A stretch of DNA of 64,000 nt, taken from positions 1,225,872 through 1,289,871 of the forward strand of contig JAHRHZ010000166.1 of NCBI GenBank assembly GCA_024137785.1. Direction: 5' to 3'. The DNA comes from Ginglymostoma cirratum. Lineage: Eukaryota. Position numbers and translations under genes: made by a program. Under the pieces are notes generated by a model. It saw nothing but the letters and a program-made list of their open reading frames with translations, made no database searches and was not told the DNA's origin. Within the stretch, counting starts at the first letter, position 1, and every line of letters begins with the position of its first letter. Below are positions 12,241-26,600 of the stretch, in pieces.

Positions 12241-14109
12241 TGACCTCTCAGTCTCCTAAACTCAAGATTAAAGAAGGTATCAAGTTATCCAGACTTTCTT
12301 TATTACTCAAGATTTCCAGTTTTGATCCTTATCAATCCTTATCAATCCTTATCAATCTTTTTTTTAACAACCTTTCCAATTTAACAACTTCGTCTAGCAA
12401 AGCAATCAGAATTACACACAGTAGTCCAAATGTGACCTTATCAATCACTTGCACACCTGTAACGCGATGTCCCAACTATTCTACTTAATGCTCTGTCCGG
12501 TGAAAGCAAGTGTATCAATTATAAGAGGAAGGAGGCTATAACGGAGCTGTGCAGAACACTGTTTCGGCCACAGCTGGTGTCAGTGTACATTTCCGTTCAC
12601 TGCATATTCACCCTAATGTAGTCTGGATTGGAGTGTTTCAGTTCTAAAGAGGCTGGATTAGCTCAGGTACTTTTCTTTCAACTGGATCAGTTTTGGGGGT
12701 AGGGATTATGGCTGTGCGGAGTGGAGTTGATACATGTGTATAACGTAATGAGTGTCATTGACAGACTGAATGGAAAACAACTGTTTCCCTGAGATAAAGG
12801 GTCAACAGCAAGGGGGCGTAATTGTAAAAATGAAAGGCAGGAAGTTCAATGCTAATGACAATTTTTATCCAATGTCTGTACAAGGAGTCTAATTGCATTC
12901 AACCATGATACAAAATAGGCTGAGCTGTTCACTTTTTCCCCTTGAAGGCAAAAAAGGCATGTAAATTTCTCTAGCTTAACCAACATTTATTGCCAATTGC
13001 TAATTATGCATGACAACATGGCCATGAGCTACTCCTTTGAACCACTTCAGTCCATATTAGTAATTAATTTCGCCCCCTACTCAACCTTGCCATGCATTGG
13101 CACTACCTTTCTGCATCGGCTCCAACTTCCCACATTGTGTTCAATTCTTCAATGGGGAGACCAAATAGTGATTGGGTGTCAAATTTATGTGACAGCTCCA
13201 CCCAGTCTGCGAACATGACACTGGTATTCTGCTCATGACCTCCTTCAGTGCTCCAGTGAATCCCAATCCAGCCTTCAGAAATATTGATTGACTATCTTAA
13301 TGACTTCTGGAATTAAGTTTAAGTTAATAAACTTAAATAATGGCCTTTGTCCCTCATTTGGATTTTTTTTTTTGGCATTCAGATATTTGAATATTGTTTT
13401 TGATGTTTTGATGTTTAGACAGAGCTGTTTCTCAAATTGGAACTTAAATTAACTCTGGACAATCTTTTCTTCTCTTTACAAGAATTATTGTCATTTATTT
13501 GGCTTAAATATGCATGAATTCTCTACCATTTAACCCCTTTGTTAAAGTACAAGGGAACAAGTTTAAAGAAGACTTGAGAGACAGATTGTTTTAAACCGAG
13601 GCTGCTAATTGCCTGGAATGCGCTGTCAAATGAGGTGATGGAGGCAGATACAGTAAGGTTTAAGATAAATCTTGCCAGATGTAAAAATAAACAGGGAATA
13701 GAGGGATAAGAACAGTGCAGAGGGAAATGTTTTGTAGTATAGAAAGGAGTCATGTGTTAATGTAGTTTGGATAGGCCTAAGGGTCTGTTCCTGGTCTGTA
13801 CTGTTCTTTGTCTTTGTTTTTTTTTTCAGTTCATCCATTTTACCGTCAATCGTCCATGCATTAAAATATAGGGCATTAATATCTGTGTGGTTGTTGACTT
13901 GCTCATCAAGCTGGTAAGTTTGTTCACAAACATTTTGTCACCAAGCTAGGTAAAATCATCAGTGCACCTCCAGTAAAGTGTCAGTGTTCTGTACTGCTTG
14001 CTTTTCCAGCAATCTTTTTTTTGTTGCTTTTTATATGTCTCGGCTTTCTGTGGTGCAAATCTCATAAACGTTCACAAACATCACCCCAGCTAGTGAAACA
14101 ATAGAGAAA

Positions 14110-15730
14110 TCGTTGTCTCCTCACTGGCTACAGGGGAGGTCCTAGAGTATTGGAGAATAGCCAATGTCTTTCCTTTGTTTAGGAAGGGTAGCAAGGATAA
14201 TCCAGCTAATTACAGGACGGTTAGCCTTGCAAATGGCAAAACCCTTAAGAGTAACCCTTACAGAACTGGGTGTACAGGTATACGGGTCATTGAAAGTGAC
14301 AATGCAGGTAGACAAGTTCATCAACAAGGCATATGGCATGCTTGCTTCATCAATCGGGCACTGAGGTTAAAAATTATTGGAGAGGATTCTTCGAGACAGG
14401 CTTTCCTCCAACTTGAACATAAGTGGATGTATAAGCGAGAGGCAACATGGATTTGTGAGGGGGCGGTCATGTCTCACAAACTTGGTTGAGTGTTTTGAGG
14501 AAGTGACCAATACGATCGATGAGGGTAGGGCACCGGACGCTGTCTACATGGACTTCAGTGAGGCATTCGACAATATCCCACATGGCAGGCTTATACAGAA
14601 GGTAAAGTCACATGGGGTCAGAGGTGAACTTGCAAGATGGATAAAATACTGGCTCAGTCATGGAAGACAGAGGGAAGCAGCGGAAGGGTACATTTCTGAA
14701 TGGAGGGCTGTGACTATTGGCGGTCTTCAGGGATCAGTTTTGGGACCTTTGCTATTTGTTTATATATACGATTTGGAGGAAAATGTAACTGGTTTGATTG
14801 GTAAGTTTGTGGATGATACAAAGGTTGGTGGAATTGCAGGTAGCAATGAGGACTGTCACAGGATACAGCTGGATAGAGATCAGTTGGTGACCTTGACAGA
14901 GAGATGGCAGATAGAGTTTAATCTGGAAAAATGTGAGGTAATGCATTTCAGAAAGTCTAATCCAGATGGAAAATGTACAGGAAATGGCAAAACCCTTAAG
15001 AGTAACCCGTAAGGAACTGGGTGTACAAGTACACAGGTCATTGAAAGTGACAATGCAGGTAGACAAGGTCGTCTACACGGCATACGGCATGCTTGCCTTC
15101 ATCGGTCGGGGCACTGAGTTTAAAAATTAGTAGGTAACGTTGCAGATTTATTCGACCTTAGTTCGGCTGCATTTGGAATATTGCGTTCAATTCTGGTCAC
15201 CACACTACCAGAAAGATGTGGTAGCTTTGGAGAGAGTACAGAGAAGATTTACCGGGACGTTGCCTGGTATGGAGGGCCTTAGCTATGAGGCGAGGTTGGA
15301 GAAACTTGATTTGTTCTCACTGGAACAACGGAGGTTGAGGGGCGACCTGAATGAGGTCTACAAGATTGTGAATGGCATGGACAGGCTGGACAGTCCGAAG
15401 CTTTTTCCCAGAGTCGAAGACTTAGTTAGCAGGGGCCATGAGTTTAAGATGCGAGGGGCAAAGTTAAAAGGTGATGTACGAGGCAAATTTTTACGCAGAG
15501 GGTGGTAGGTGCCGTGAACTCACGGCTGGGGCTGGGGAGGGGGAAGTAGTGGAAGCAGGTACGATAGTGACTTTTAAAGGCGTCTTGATAAATACATGAA
15601 TAGAATGGGAATAAAGGGATACAGTCTCTAGAAGTAGAGGGGATTGTAATTGTGATGTGCAGCAATCGGTATAGGTTTAGAGGACCTAGGGATCTGTTCC
15701 TCTGCTGTAATTTTCTTTGTTCTTTGTTCA
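14110..15730 (+). mobile_element. CR1 LINE 3' portion (RT and 3'UTR) with an internal local duplication
   Basis: ORFs 14377-15012 (QHGF, YMDFS, QGSVLGP, KFVDDTK) and 15140-15508; ttctttg tail at ~15713-15729. Confidence 0.9.
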
Positions 15731-15734
15731 CGAC

Positions 15735-17010
15735 TCGACAGACCAGGGATACAGACACCCGACAACACCAACACCATCAGCAAAGACGGCATCCTCAAAC
15801 CACTGGATCTGTGCCTCACAACCCACTCTGCCTTCAAAGACAACCTGCGGAACACCCATGGGATCACCAATATCAGGATTCATATTGGAAGTCATAATGC
15901 AAAGACAGGTATGGACGACCATTCCCACCATCCAACCAAAACAATGGATCTGTTACGTGAATGATGCTTTTGTTGTTATCAAACGCCCTAAACTGGAGGA
16001 AACCCGTTCACTTATAACCAACATCCTCAGCGGCATAAAATTCACCAGAGAAGTGGAAGAGCAACAACAAATTTCCCTTTCTAGACATAATGGTTGAATA
16101 TATGGCCAGCGGTGAGCTCCAGCCCAATGTACACAGGAAGGCTATCCGTATGGATCAGGTACTCAATTACATTTGCAATCCTCCCAATACCCAAAATGGA
16201 GTAGCATCAAAACACTGTTCAAGCGAGCTGTAACACATTGCAGCACCCCAGAGTTATGCAAAGCTGAGGAAGAACCCCTATATAACGTCTTCAGGAACAA
16301 TGGTTACCCGAAAAGCTTAGTCCATTGATACCTACACAACAGAACACAACAGGAACACACAACATGTCCAGAGATGCTAATCACGCTACCATACATTAAG
16401 GACATATTTGAAATGACCACCAGATTACTCCGCCCCAGCAATCATGGTAGCCCACAACTGACAGCTACACTAACATAGCTACTGACGAGAATAAAGGATT
16501 CGACAACCACAACTAAGAGAACGAACGTGATTTACAAGATACCATGCAAAGACCGCCAAAAACATTACATAGGGCAAACCATAAGGATTCATGAACGCCA
16601 AGTAGCTACCAAGAGACATGACAACCAGCACTCATTTCAATACATATCGACAAAGAGGGCCATCAGTTAGACTGGGACAACGTACCCATCCTAGGACAAG
16701 CGTAGCAAAGACACGCATGAGAATTCCTGGAGGCCTAGCACTCAAAACAGAACTCTAATAACAAACATATAGGGCTGGACGCCATATGCCAATCACTAAG
16801 AAACAAATCGAGAAGTGAAGCCACCCACGCCAGCAAACTGAGACACATAAATATCAAGTGGGACAAAATACGCACACTTCACCAGATGTGCACTGATGAT
16901 GTTATCTAGTATGATGATGAAACGTTTGCGAACAAATTTACCAGCTCAGCGAGCAAGTCGACAACAGCATCAACAACCAAACCCACAAATCTTCTCAAAA
17001 ACTTTTAAGC
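15735..17010 (+). mobile_element. Penelope-like element (Poseidon-type) remnant: RT plus GIY-YIG endonuclease
   Basis: GTPMGSPISG and YVND (degenerate YVDD) in ORF 15717-16097; NVIYKIPCKD...HYIGQT at ~16523-16580; hammerhead-like 3' end. Confidence 0.85.
16888..16930 (+). ncRNA. Minimal type I hammerhead ribozyme motif in the Penelope 3' repeat (probably decayed)
   Basis: gtgca-CTGATGA-t-gttatc/tagtat/gatgat-GAAAC-GTT-tgcg; wobble-rich stem II, palindromic ACGT stem III. Confidence 0.55.
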
Positions 17011-17499
17011 TCTGTCTTTTTGGCATTTTTAGGCCAGTCCGCATTGGTTCTGAACTATTACCACCCTTCAATTCTCCACCTAGCTCCTTTCTTACTCCTT
17101 TCGTCTTTTTTGTTAATTTTTATTTTTCCATCATTCATATCCCTGTATATGTTACCATCCACCTGCTGTTCATTTGAAACCCGCCCCAAACACACCCACT
17201 AAAACATTACTTAGGACGTCAGTTCTTATCCTGACCACGTTCAACACCTCCAGCCTGTACTACAATCACCTTCCCAGCTTGACTCCTATTACCCTACGAA
17301 TCTGAAACCCTCACCTTTGTACCATCTCTTCAGCCACGTTTTCATCAGATATCTTGATCCTCATGTTGTGAAAAACACGTGGCTTAGTAGGAATCACGAG
17401 ATCACGACCTTTCTGATCCTAGATTTTCACGCAATTCACAATTCCAGTATTCTGCTTTCCAGATCTCATCTCTTTCTCTCATTTAGGGTATTGATGTCA

Positions 17500-20190
17500 A
17501 TGTATTCCATGACTACCGGCTGCTCACGCCTCCACTTCTGAGTGTTCTGTAGTCACTCTGAGACATCCATGTTCCTTTGAGGCACGATACCATGCTCGAG
17601 TATCGTTTGCAACCGGAGAACCGTCCATGCGCTCCCCTTGGTATTGAATTCCATACTGGTATAGAATTCCAGCTCTTTTTAATCCTCTCCTCTGCAATGG
17701 GTCCAAACATCCTGCAATGAGTTTGTTCTCTGAGAGGCCATTCCCCATAAACTATCCAAAATGGTATATCTGTTTTGAAACGGACAGCCACATAGGACCT
17801 TTGCACTATAGAACGTAGAACATAGAACAGTACAGGCCCTTCGGCCCACGATGTGGTGCCAACATATTATCCAACTAAGATCAAACTACCCTGCTTACCC
17901 TACATTATGTATCATCCATGTGCCAATCCAAGAGTCGTTTAAAATTCTCTAAAGTATCTGACTCCACTACGACTGCTGGCAGCGCATTCCACACGCCCAC
18001 CACTCTCTGTGTGAAGAACCTACATCTGACATCTCCCCTATACCTTCCTCCAATCACCTAAAAATTATGCCCCCTCGTAACAGTCATTTCCGCCCTGGGA
18101 AAACAGTTTTTGGCTATCCACTCTATCTATGCTCTCATCATCTTGTACTCCTCTATTAAGTCATCTCTCATCCTTCTTTGCTCCAATGAAAAAAGCCCTA
18201 GCTCCTTCAACCTTTCCTCATAAGAACTGCCCTCCAGTCCAGGCAGCGTTCTGGTAAATTTCCTCTGCACCCTCTCTAAAGCTTCCACATCCTTGCTATA
18301 ATGGAGCAACCGGAACTGAACTCAATATTCCAAGTATGGTCTAACCAGGGTTTTACAGAGCTGCAGCTTAACCTCGTGGCTCTTAAACTCAATTGCTGCC
18401 AATGAAAGCCAACACACCATATGCCTTCTTTATAACCCTATCAACTTGATAGCAACTTTGAGGGATTTATGGACATGAACCCCAAGATCCTTCTGTTCCT
18501 CCACACTGCCAAGAATCCTGTCATAAACCCTGTATTTAATTAAAATTCGACTTTCCAAAATAAATCACTTCACACTTTTCTGGGGTGAATTCCATCTGCC
18601 ACTTCTTCGCCCAGCTCTGCATCCTGTCAATGTCCCGTTACAACCTACAACAGCCCTCCACCCTGTCCACAACTCTACCAGGGCCATCGGCAATCTTACT
18701 TACCCACCCTGCCACTTCCTCATCCGAGTTATTTATAAATATCACAAAGAGCAGAAGTCCCAGAACATATCCCTGTGGAACACCACTGGTCACTGAGCTC
18801 CAGGCTGAATACTTTCCATCTACTACGTCTTCTATTAGACAGCCAATTCTGTATCCAGACAACGAAATTTCCCTCAATGCCATGCCTCCTTACTTTCTGA
18901 ATGAGCCTACCATGAGGAACCTTATCAAATGCCTTGCTAAAATCCATATACACCACATCCACTGCTCTGCCTTCATCAGTGTGTTCTGTCACACGCTCAA
19001 AGAATTCAATAAGGCTTGTGAGGCATGACCTGCCCCTCATAAATCCATGCTGACTATTTCTAATCAAACTATCCTTTTCCAAATAATCATAAATACTATC
19101 TCTCAGAATCCTCTCCATAATTTTCCCACCATAGAAGTAAGATTGACTGGTCTGTAATTCCCAGGATTATCCCTATTCCCTTTCTTGAACAAGGGAATGG
19201 CATTTGCCACCCTCCAATCATCTGGTACTACTCCAGTGGACAGTGAGGATGCAAAGATCATCGCCAAAGGGGCAGCACCTTGGTTTTGTCCCGACTGGCC
19301 AAGGGGACTTATCTATCCTCATGTTTTTCAAAATTTCTAGCATATCCTTCTTCATAACATCAACCTGTTCGAGCATATATGCCTGTGTCTTGCTGTCCTC
19401 ACAAACGTCAAAGTCCTTCTCACTGGTGAATACAGCAATGTATTCATTAAGGATCTCCCCTACCTCCTCTGACTCCATGCACAAGTTCCCTGCACTATCT
19501 CTGATTAGCCCTACCCTCACTCTGGCCATCCTCTTGTTCCTCACCTAAGCATAGAACGCCTTGGAGTTGTCCTTTATCCTGCCCGCCAAGGCTTTTTCAT
19601 GCCCCCTTCTAGATCTCCTAATTCCATTCTTCAGCTCTTTCCTGGCTACTTTGTAGACCTCTAGAGCCCTGTCCGATCCTTGCTTTTTCAACCTTAAGTA
19701 AGCTTCCTTCTTCATCTTGATGTGATGTTCCACATGTCTTGTCATCCAAGGTTCCTTCACCGTCCCATCTCGTCCTTGCCTTAGTGGGACAAACCGATCC
19801 AGTACTCGTAGCAACTGCTCCTTAAACAATCTCCACACTTCTGTCATGCATTTCCCTGAGTTTTTGTCTGAAGAGGACGGCGGAGCATAAATTGGGAACA
19901 GATATCTGTCTAGTCCTCTTACTCTGCCTAGTTGTCACCAGTCTTTCACTACCTGTGCAGTCTTAGCCTGCTGAGTGACCATCTCTCTGTATTTTCTACC
20001 CACAATATTCTCTGCTTTGCGAATGCTCCATAGTTTCCCCAGATGCCTCTCCAGCTCCGAAATTTAGTCTTCCAGGAACTGCAGCTGAAGACAGACCCTG
20101 CATATATGCTGGCCTCGGACTCTAGAACTGATCCAAATTGTCACGCACAGCAGCAGGTGCGCAGCATAATATTGAGTTCTACTTCCATCT
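17500..20190 (-). mobile_element. Cluster of CR1 LINE fragments (RT, endonuclease-RT linker, ORF1 pieces)
   Basis: ORFs 18127-18309, 18638-18883, 18729-19118, 19218-19544 and 19545-19847 match CR1 ORF2; (ttctatg)n tail at ~17808-17829. Confidence 0.88.
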
Positions 20191-23010
20191 TTTAAAACTG
20201 TAAATCTTTTACACATTTACGTTACTTTTAAACTGAAATCATATTAACACAGACGTCCTTAAATCCCTTATGTACTTTAAAACAAAAATAAAACTTTAGA
20301 AACAATTAGCTTTAAAAGCAGAGTTTCAGCATTAAAACTTTACTGTCAAAATGACTAAAATAATATAAAACTGTAAAATGTTGTATAGAATAACATAACT
20401 CAGCTGGTTGGTCTTGCCTGTTTCACTCTGTGACATTGACACTGAAGCTTTGCCCCCATATTCCAGAAGCCCCTTGCTACCCAGCTCAGCGTTCACTGTT
20501 TTTAATTGTGAAACCCCGATGCACCACTTGTTCTATTGAACTGTGAAACTCCCAATTCAACCCACGACTGATCATTCACTTATTAAAAGTTATTGTTATC
20601 GATCTGATAGCGTTCTTTACTCAAAGGATTTCCCTTTTATTGTTTACAACACTATCATTTTTCGTGCCAACTGCAAACGTAGTTATCATACTTCTTGTAT
20701 TCAGTCTAGATCATTAATGTATTCATCACGCATCAGAGGACTGAGCACCAAATCCTCTAATACTCCACTGAACGCAGGCTTCCTGTCACAAGAACACCCA
20801 TCGACTATCACCCACTGCATCCTGCCTAATTAAGTCTGATAAGGATTCAATTGCAAAATTCCCCAATATCCTAGCGACTCTTAAGTACTTCCCATTCTGC
20901 CATACTAAGTCTTGTTAATGGCATCACTGAATTCTATGTATTCTACATGATCTGCGTTGCCCTCATGTACGCAGCTAGTCACCTCACCAAAAAAAACCAA
21001 TTAATGTTGTTAGACAGCATTTCGTTTATCAAAGCCATGTGACTTAATCCTTGCCTCTCCGATAGGAGATTAAATATGCCCCTCTGATGCTTCCCAATAT
21101 CCGCTTTCATCCATTTTAAAACTGCAATTATCTGTTTTCTTTTAATCTACTTTCTTCAAGTATATTGCAGTCCCCTTCCGGATTCCTTTGCCTACATCAT
21201 CCTTTTCTACAGTGAAACCAATGCAAACATTTTATTTGAAACTTCAACTATATCTTCTGCCTCCAAATACATTCTGACACTTTCGTTACTCATGGGCAGT
21301 ATGATTTGCCTGGCACCATTTTCATGTATTTATGAATCGCACTTAAATTTTCCGTAAAGTTATCCATTCGTAATTTTTTTTCTTAATTTCCCCTCTTTTG
21401 CCTCAAAGGAAACTGCTGCACATCATATACTTCTCGATGTCATAGACTATTTTGAGCCTATTTACAATAACCTTTTTCCAGTACTACTTCCTTCACATCC
21501 CTTGACATTCAAGGTTCTCTACCTTATTGGTTCCAATGTTCAGCTTTGCATGAAAAAGTTGAGCCCTTCCATTTTCACTATTGCTCTGTTTTACAAGATC
21601 CCACGTAATCATATTGAAATTGGCATTCCGAAATTCATAACCTTTATTTCCTGATCATGTATGTCCTTATCTATGACTACTTTAAGTCTGATTGCGTTAT
21701 GGTCAAAATTGTCCCCTCCTGTCATGGCTAACACTTGACCAGTTTTCTTGTCTAAAATGGGTCCAATGCCAATCCGTCTATCGTTGATGTTCTACATGCT
21801 GTCTTTAAAAACGTTTCTCCTGCGTGCATTTCAAGAATTATGCTCCCTCTATGCCAATCACACACTTTTCATCCTAATTAATACTGAGGCATTTGGAATC
21901 TTCTATTATTACTATCGATTATTATTACACACCTCTGAGTTATGCTTGCATATCTGTCTCTCTATTTTTAAGGTCTATCCACATTTGAAAAACCTTTTAA
22001 CATATCAAACCTCCATTCTTCAGGAAGTGATACTTTGATCAATAGTGAGACAAAATCTTCTCTTCGACACACGTCCTCATCTTCCACAGCTATCTCGACT
22101 AAAGACCTCAGTGCCCGGAATATAGTGATAAAATCAGAGCAAGGACATGAATTTTATAAAACTTAACCTGTGCTTTCTACCTTTGATTATCTTCAAACTC
22201 TAAAAACTGGTCATTCTCTTGGTAGGCGATTGCAATAGAGAAATGTCTGTAGTCTAGTTATCAATAATGTTTTACACAGAATATATAAAAGAATTTGAAT
22301 TCCATAGCTGATGAGTGGTAGTGCTCATTGTGTTTGCATTTCTGGTGCTGAAACGTAAATTGGTTTCTATGTGTGATTTTTAAAAAAGGGTAAATAGTGA
22401 TGTAACACATAACATGATGGGAAATGCTTCAGGACAAGTACAATGTAGCTTCCTTGCTGTCCTGGGTTACAAGTGTCATCAGGAGCTGTTGCAATCCTTC
22501 AACATGTGGAGACATGCGGCAGCGAGTATCATAGAGCAAATTGTGTTTGAAGAAATGTCTGGAAGGATGGATGCGCGTGATTGGAAGAGCGATAACTGAA
22601 TTGCATTTGGATACTGGATCGCAGTCAGGGATAAAAGGAAGACTGGCTGTCTACCTAGAAGATAGTAAACTCTGCAGATGCTGGAGTCAGAGATAACGCA
22701 GTCTGGAGCTGTGGGAATACAGCAGGCCAGGCAGAATGAGAGGAGCAGGAATGATGTTTTGTTGTTCTGGGTGTCAAACTATGCACAGAACACTTTACCC
22801 CAGCCGAATTTCCAGGAGAAAGTCTACATTTGCCATTGCTTTTGTGCTCTTTGGGTATTTACTGAACTGTGCAATGGCACTTCTTTATAACTGACAATGT
22901 ATGTTCAGAAAATGAAGAAATAAACAAGGGACCCGATCCGAAACGTCAACTTCCATGCTTCACTGATGGTGCCTGGCCTGCTGCGTTCCTCCACCTCCAC
23001 ACCATGTTCT

Positions 23011-23050
23011 TTCTATCTATCTATTTACCTACCTACCTACCTACCTACTT
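23011..23050 (+). repeat. (CTAT)/(CTAC) tetranucleotide microsatellite
   Basis: ttctatctatctatttacctacctacctacctacctactt. Confidence 0.85.
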
Positions 23051-25059
23051 ATTTACCTTTACACCAGTTGCAATTTCCATTAAATTGCTTCGGGCATCTT
23101 CCTTGTTTTCAATTGCAAATGTGTCTTATTCGTTTTCAGTGCATAGTCACTCCATGAAAGAACTATTTAAACCTATCCGTACAGTCCCTCCATTAGAAAA
23201 TGGACTTAGATCTCAGAACCGAATGTGAGCGTTCTCACAATTGTTGATTGTATTGTAAATAAATACCCTCAATTCCTCAAATGAATTATTTTCATTCTCA
23301 AGATAAATTTCCCTTTTCCTTTCTTTTCTCTATTTCCATACACACGCTGAAAGCATCGAATCATGATAGCTGGATTTTTTTGACGTTGACCATGTTAAAT
23401 TTTAAACTTAGCCTTTACCTTTCGCGAGTCTGACATGTCATTTTGTGGCAAAAACAATGGCTCCATCATTCACGTTAATGTTGTGCTTGAGCACTGTTTC
23501 TTCTGTCGTGCCTGAAGTAAAAACGTTTGCTCTCCACGTAACCCACCCCGCCCCACAATCTGACTCCAGCAGCACTTCTAGTCACTTAAGAGTACTGGAG
23601 ACCACTTTTTTTTAATATTTCTGCCCAAGCCGATTACCTTTGCCCTATCAAACCTCCTGCCCGTCTCTGTTTTTAAATTCTAATGACTTATTTTGCAAGA
23701 GCAGCGATCAAACATGGAAAACATTCAGTCCTTAAATTGTGACCTGACTTTAATACTGCAAACCATTTCATGTATTCCAACATCATCTCCGCTGTTTGAG
23801 GTCGATTTGTAAAAACTAATTCTTACTTATTCTGTGCACAGTGTCCATTGCATTATCTGATTTTGTCACAGTTTTAACGTAGCAATGTTGACCTACTTTT
23901 TTCATACAATTTTCTGCTTCAGATTCCCCAGCACACCTCCAGTTCTCAAATTTTTCAATTTTGATCTTGGTCTCCTGTTGGGGCACGCTGTATTTTGACT
24001 TTGTACTTTTTTTAAAATCAGTTTGGAAGGAAATGTCTTCCCTTCATTTTAATAGCTCGGCCAGATCTGTCTTCCACCAATAAAGCTCAATGATTTGGAT
24101 GTTATTACTTGTTACTTCCATATTCAATAATGCTATCGACTGTCCTACTTACACCAATAACACTAATTTAGTTTCTTATTATCCTGACGCAAATTCGCAA
24201 CGTGCCATCCATCATCTCCTTGAATGCTCTCATTCCATCAAAGTTGTGATACTTCTGACAACCCTCTTATCTAATAAGGCGTACCCTCGTTCCTTTCCTT
24301 TCCTTGCACCATATATTGGTCTTCATTATTTAACCTTATTTTTACACTTAGCCACATATCATTAGAATGTTTTGTTGTTTTGGATGTCACACTATGCACA
24401 GAATACTCTTACCTTACCAGAATTTCTGGGAAAAAAAACGTTTACGTTTTCGTTTGCTTTTATGCTTTTTAGGATATTTCTTTGACTGTGCATGTACAAT
24501 TCTCTATAACTGAAAATGTATGTTCAGAATTTATTGCCCATTTATTGACTAAGTTTTCATTGATAATAATACAAAAATATGTGGATTTAAAGCTGTAGTT
24601 GATGGATACTTTGGTTAAGTCTGACTTAGATAAGGTACTTAATTTGCCATCATGGTAACTGCAAAATACTATTTGACCCGTGGAGCAGATGACTAGAGAG
24701 ATGGGCATTGCTCCAGCTTCAGAGAAAACAACTTACAAATATTACACTAATCCTTACTTATTCATCATCTTTCAATGGTTGGGAACCAAATACTGAAAGA
24801 GGGAAAAGTACATCTCCTTCCAGGTTCTTTATCTACCCCCACCCTGTGATGACAAGTTCAGCGCAGAAAACCAAGTTTCACTTGCTCATGATCCTTATAA
24901 TCAGTTCTGTCTCCATCAAGAATTTATTATTAATTAGAAATTTGTTTGCTGAATTTTCGTTGCCACTCTGGGATCCATCTCTACATTTCATAATAATTAA
25001 TATCCTCTGTTAATATTCTGGTGGTACAGTCATAGAGTTGTACACCACGAGAAAATGGT

Positions 25060-26600
25060 AAAGGCTGACAAGAAATATTCATTTAGGATATCACCCATCT
25101 CTTATAGCTCCATACCTTGATGGCCTTGTTGATCTTCAAGGGATCTTATTCTCTCCCAAGTTACCCTGTTGTCCTTCATGTACTTGTAGAACATCTTGGG
25201 ATTCTCCTTTTCTTTATCTGCAAAAGCCATCTTGTTTCCCCTTTTAGCCCTCCTGATTTCTCTCTTAAGTGTACTCCGATGCCGTCTATATTCCTCAGGG
25301 ATTTCACTTCATTCCAGCTGCCTATACATGCAATATATTTCCTTCTTTTTTAACACCAGGGCCTCATGACTGTAGCCATCTAGGGTTGCCTAATCCTGCC
25401 AGCCTTACATTTCACTTTGACAGGAACATGCTGGCCCTGAACTCTCATTAACTCATTTTGAAAGCTTCCAATTTGCCAGACATCCCCTTGTCTGCAAAAA
25501 GAAGGTACCCCAGTCACCATCACCACATCTAACACAATCTAAATTAACGTTGTCCAAATTTAGAACTTTAACCTCTGGACCAGAGCTATCATTTTCCATT
25601 GCTATTTTAAAACGGTTTGAATTATGGTCACTGGCCCCAATATGGTCCATTAACACTTCCGTCACTTGCTGTTTTATTTCCCTGGAGGAGGTCAAGTCTT
25701 GTCCCCTCTCTAGTAGGACCATCTACATACTGCATGAGAAACTCTTCCTGAACACTTAACAGATTTGTCTCCATCCAAGCCCTTAACACTATTGCTGTCC
25801 CAGTCAATGCTCAGAGAATTAATATTCCCTACTGTTAAAACCCTATTATCGTCGTAGCTTTATGCGATGTGCTTACATATTTGAACCTCAACCTTCCACT
25901 AACATTTGGGGCACATATTGTAGAATGCTAATAGTTATCTCTCACATTTTATTTCTAAGTTCTACCCACATAGGCTCAGTAAATAAACCCCAAGATTGTC
26001 TTTTTACAATACTGCTGTGATGGTCTCCCTGATCAACCCCAACCCTGCCTCCCCTTCTGTCCTTTCTATAGCATCTGTAATCTGAAATATTGAGCTGCCA
26101 GTCCTGTCTTGCCCTTAGTCATGTTTCAGTAATAGCAATAATATCCCAGTCCCATGGACTTATCCATGCCCCAAGTTCATTAGCCTTATCGTCAAGTCTC
26201 TTGAATTGAAAAAAATGCAGTTGAACCCAGATTTCCTTTGCTTCCTGCCGGACCCTTGCCTTCCTTGTCTAGTTGGGATTACCAGCACTGCCTTTACTAT
26301 TTAACTTGCTCTCATTAACCTTTGTACTGCCCTCAGCCTTCGCTTTTATCTTCCTCCTGTTTTGGATCCCAACTCCCTGCCAGACTAGTTTAAAGTCTCC
26401 TGAGCATTTCTAGCAAATCTCCCGGCCAGGACAATTGTCCCCCTCCGGTTCAAGTGCAATCCATCCGTTTTGTTCAGGTCACCTCTGCCCCAGAATATAT
26501 CCCAACGATCTAAGAATCCAAACCCATGACCCTTGCAGCAGCTCTCAAGTCACGCATTCACCTGCCAAATCTTCTTAGTCCTACTTTCGCTAAAAATGTG
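25060..26600 (-). mobile_element. Decayed CR1 LINE (ORF1 end and APE endonuclease region)
   Basis: ORF 25453-25722 contains HIGASDHNS (APE catalytic SDH); colinear with 29700-30760. Confidence 0.75.

Noticed and set aside
13925-13970. Additional hammerhead-like motifs (also ~42935-42975 and ~22925-22950)
   Set aside because: Core nucleotides are mutated or lost (GAAA to AAAA, CTGA box changed or missing); decayed Penelope remnants.
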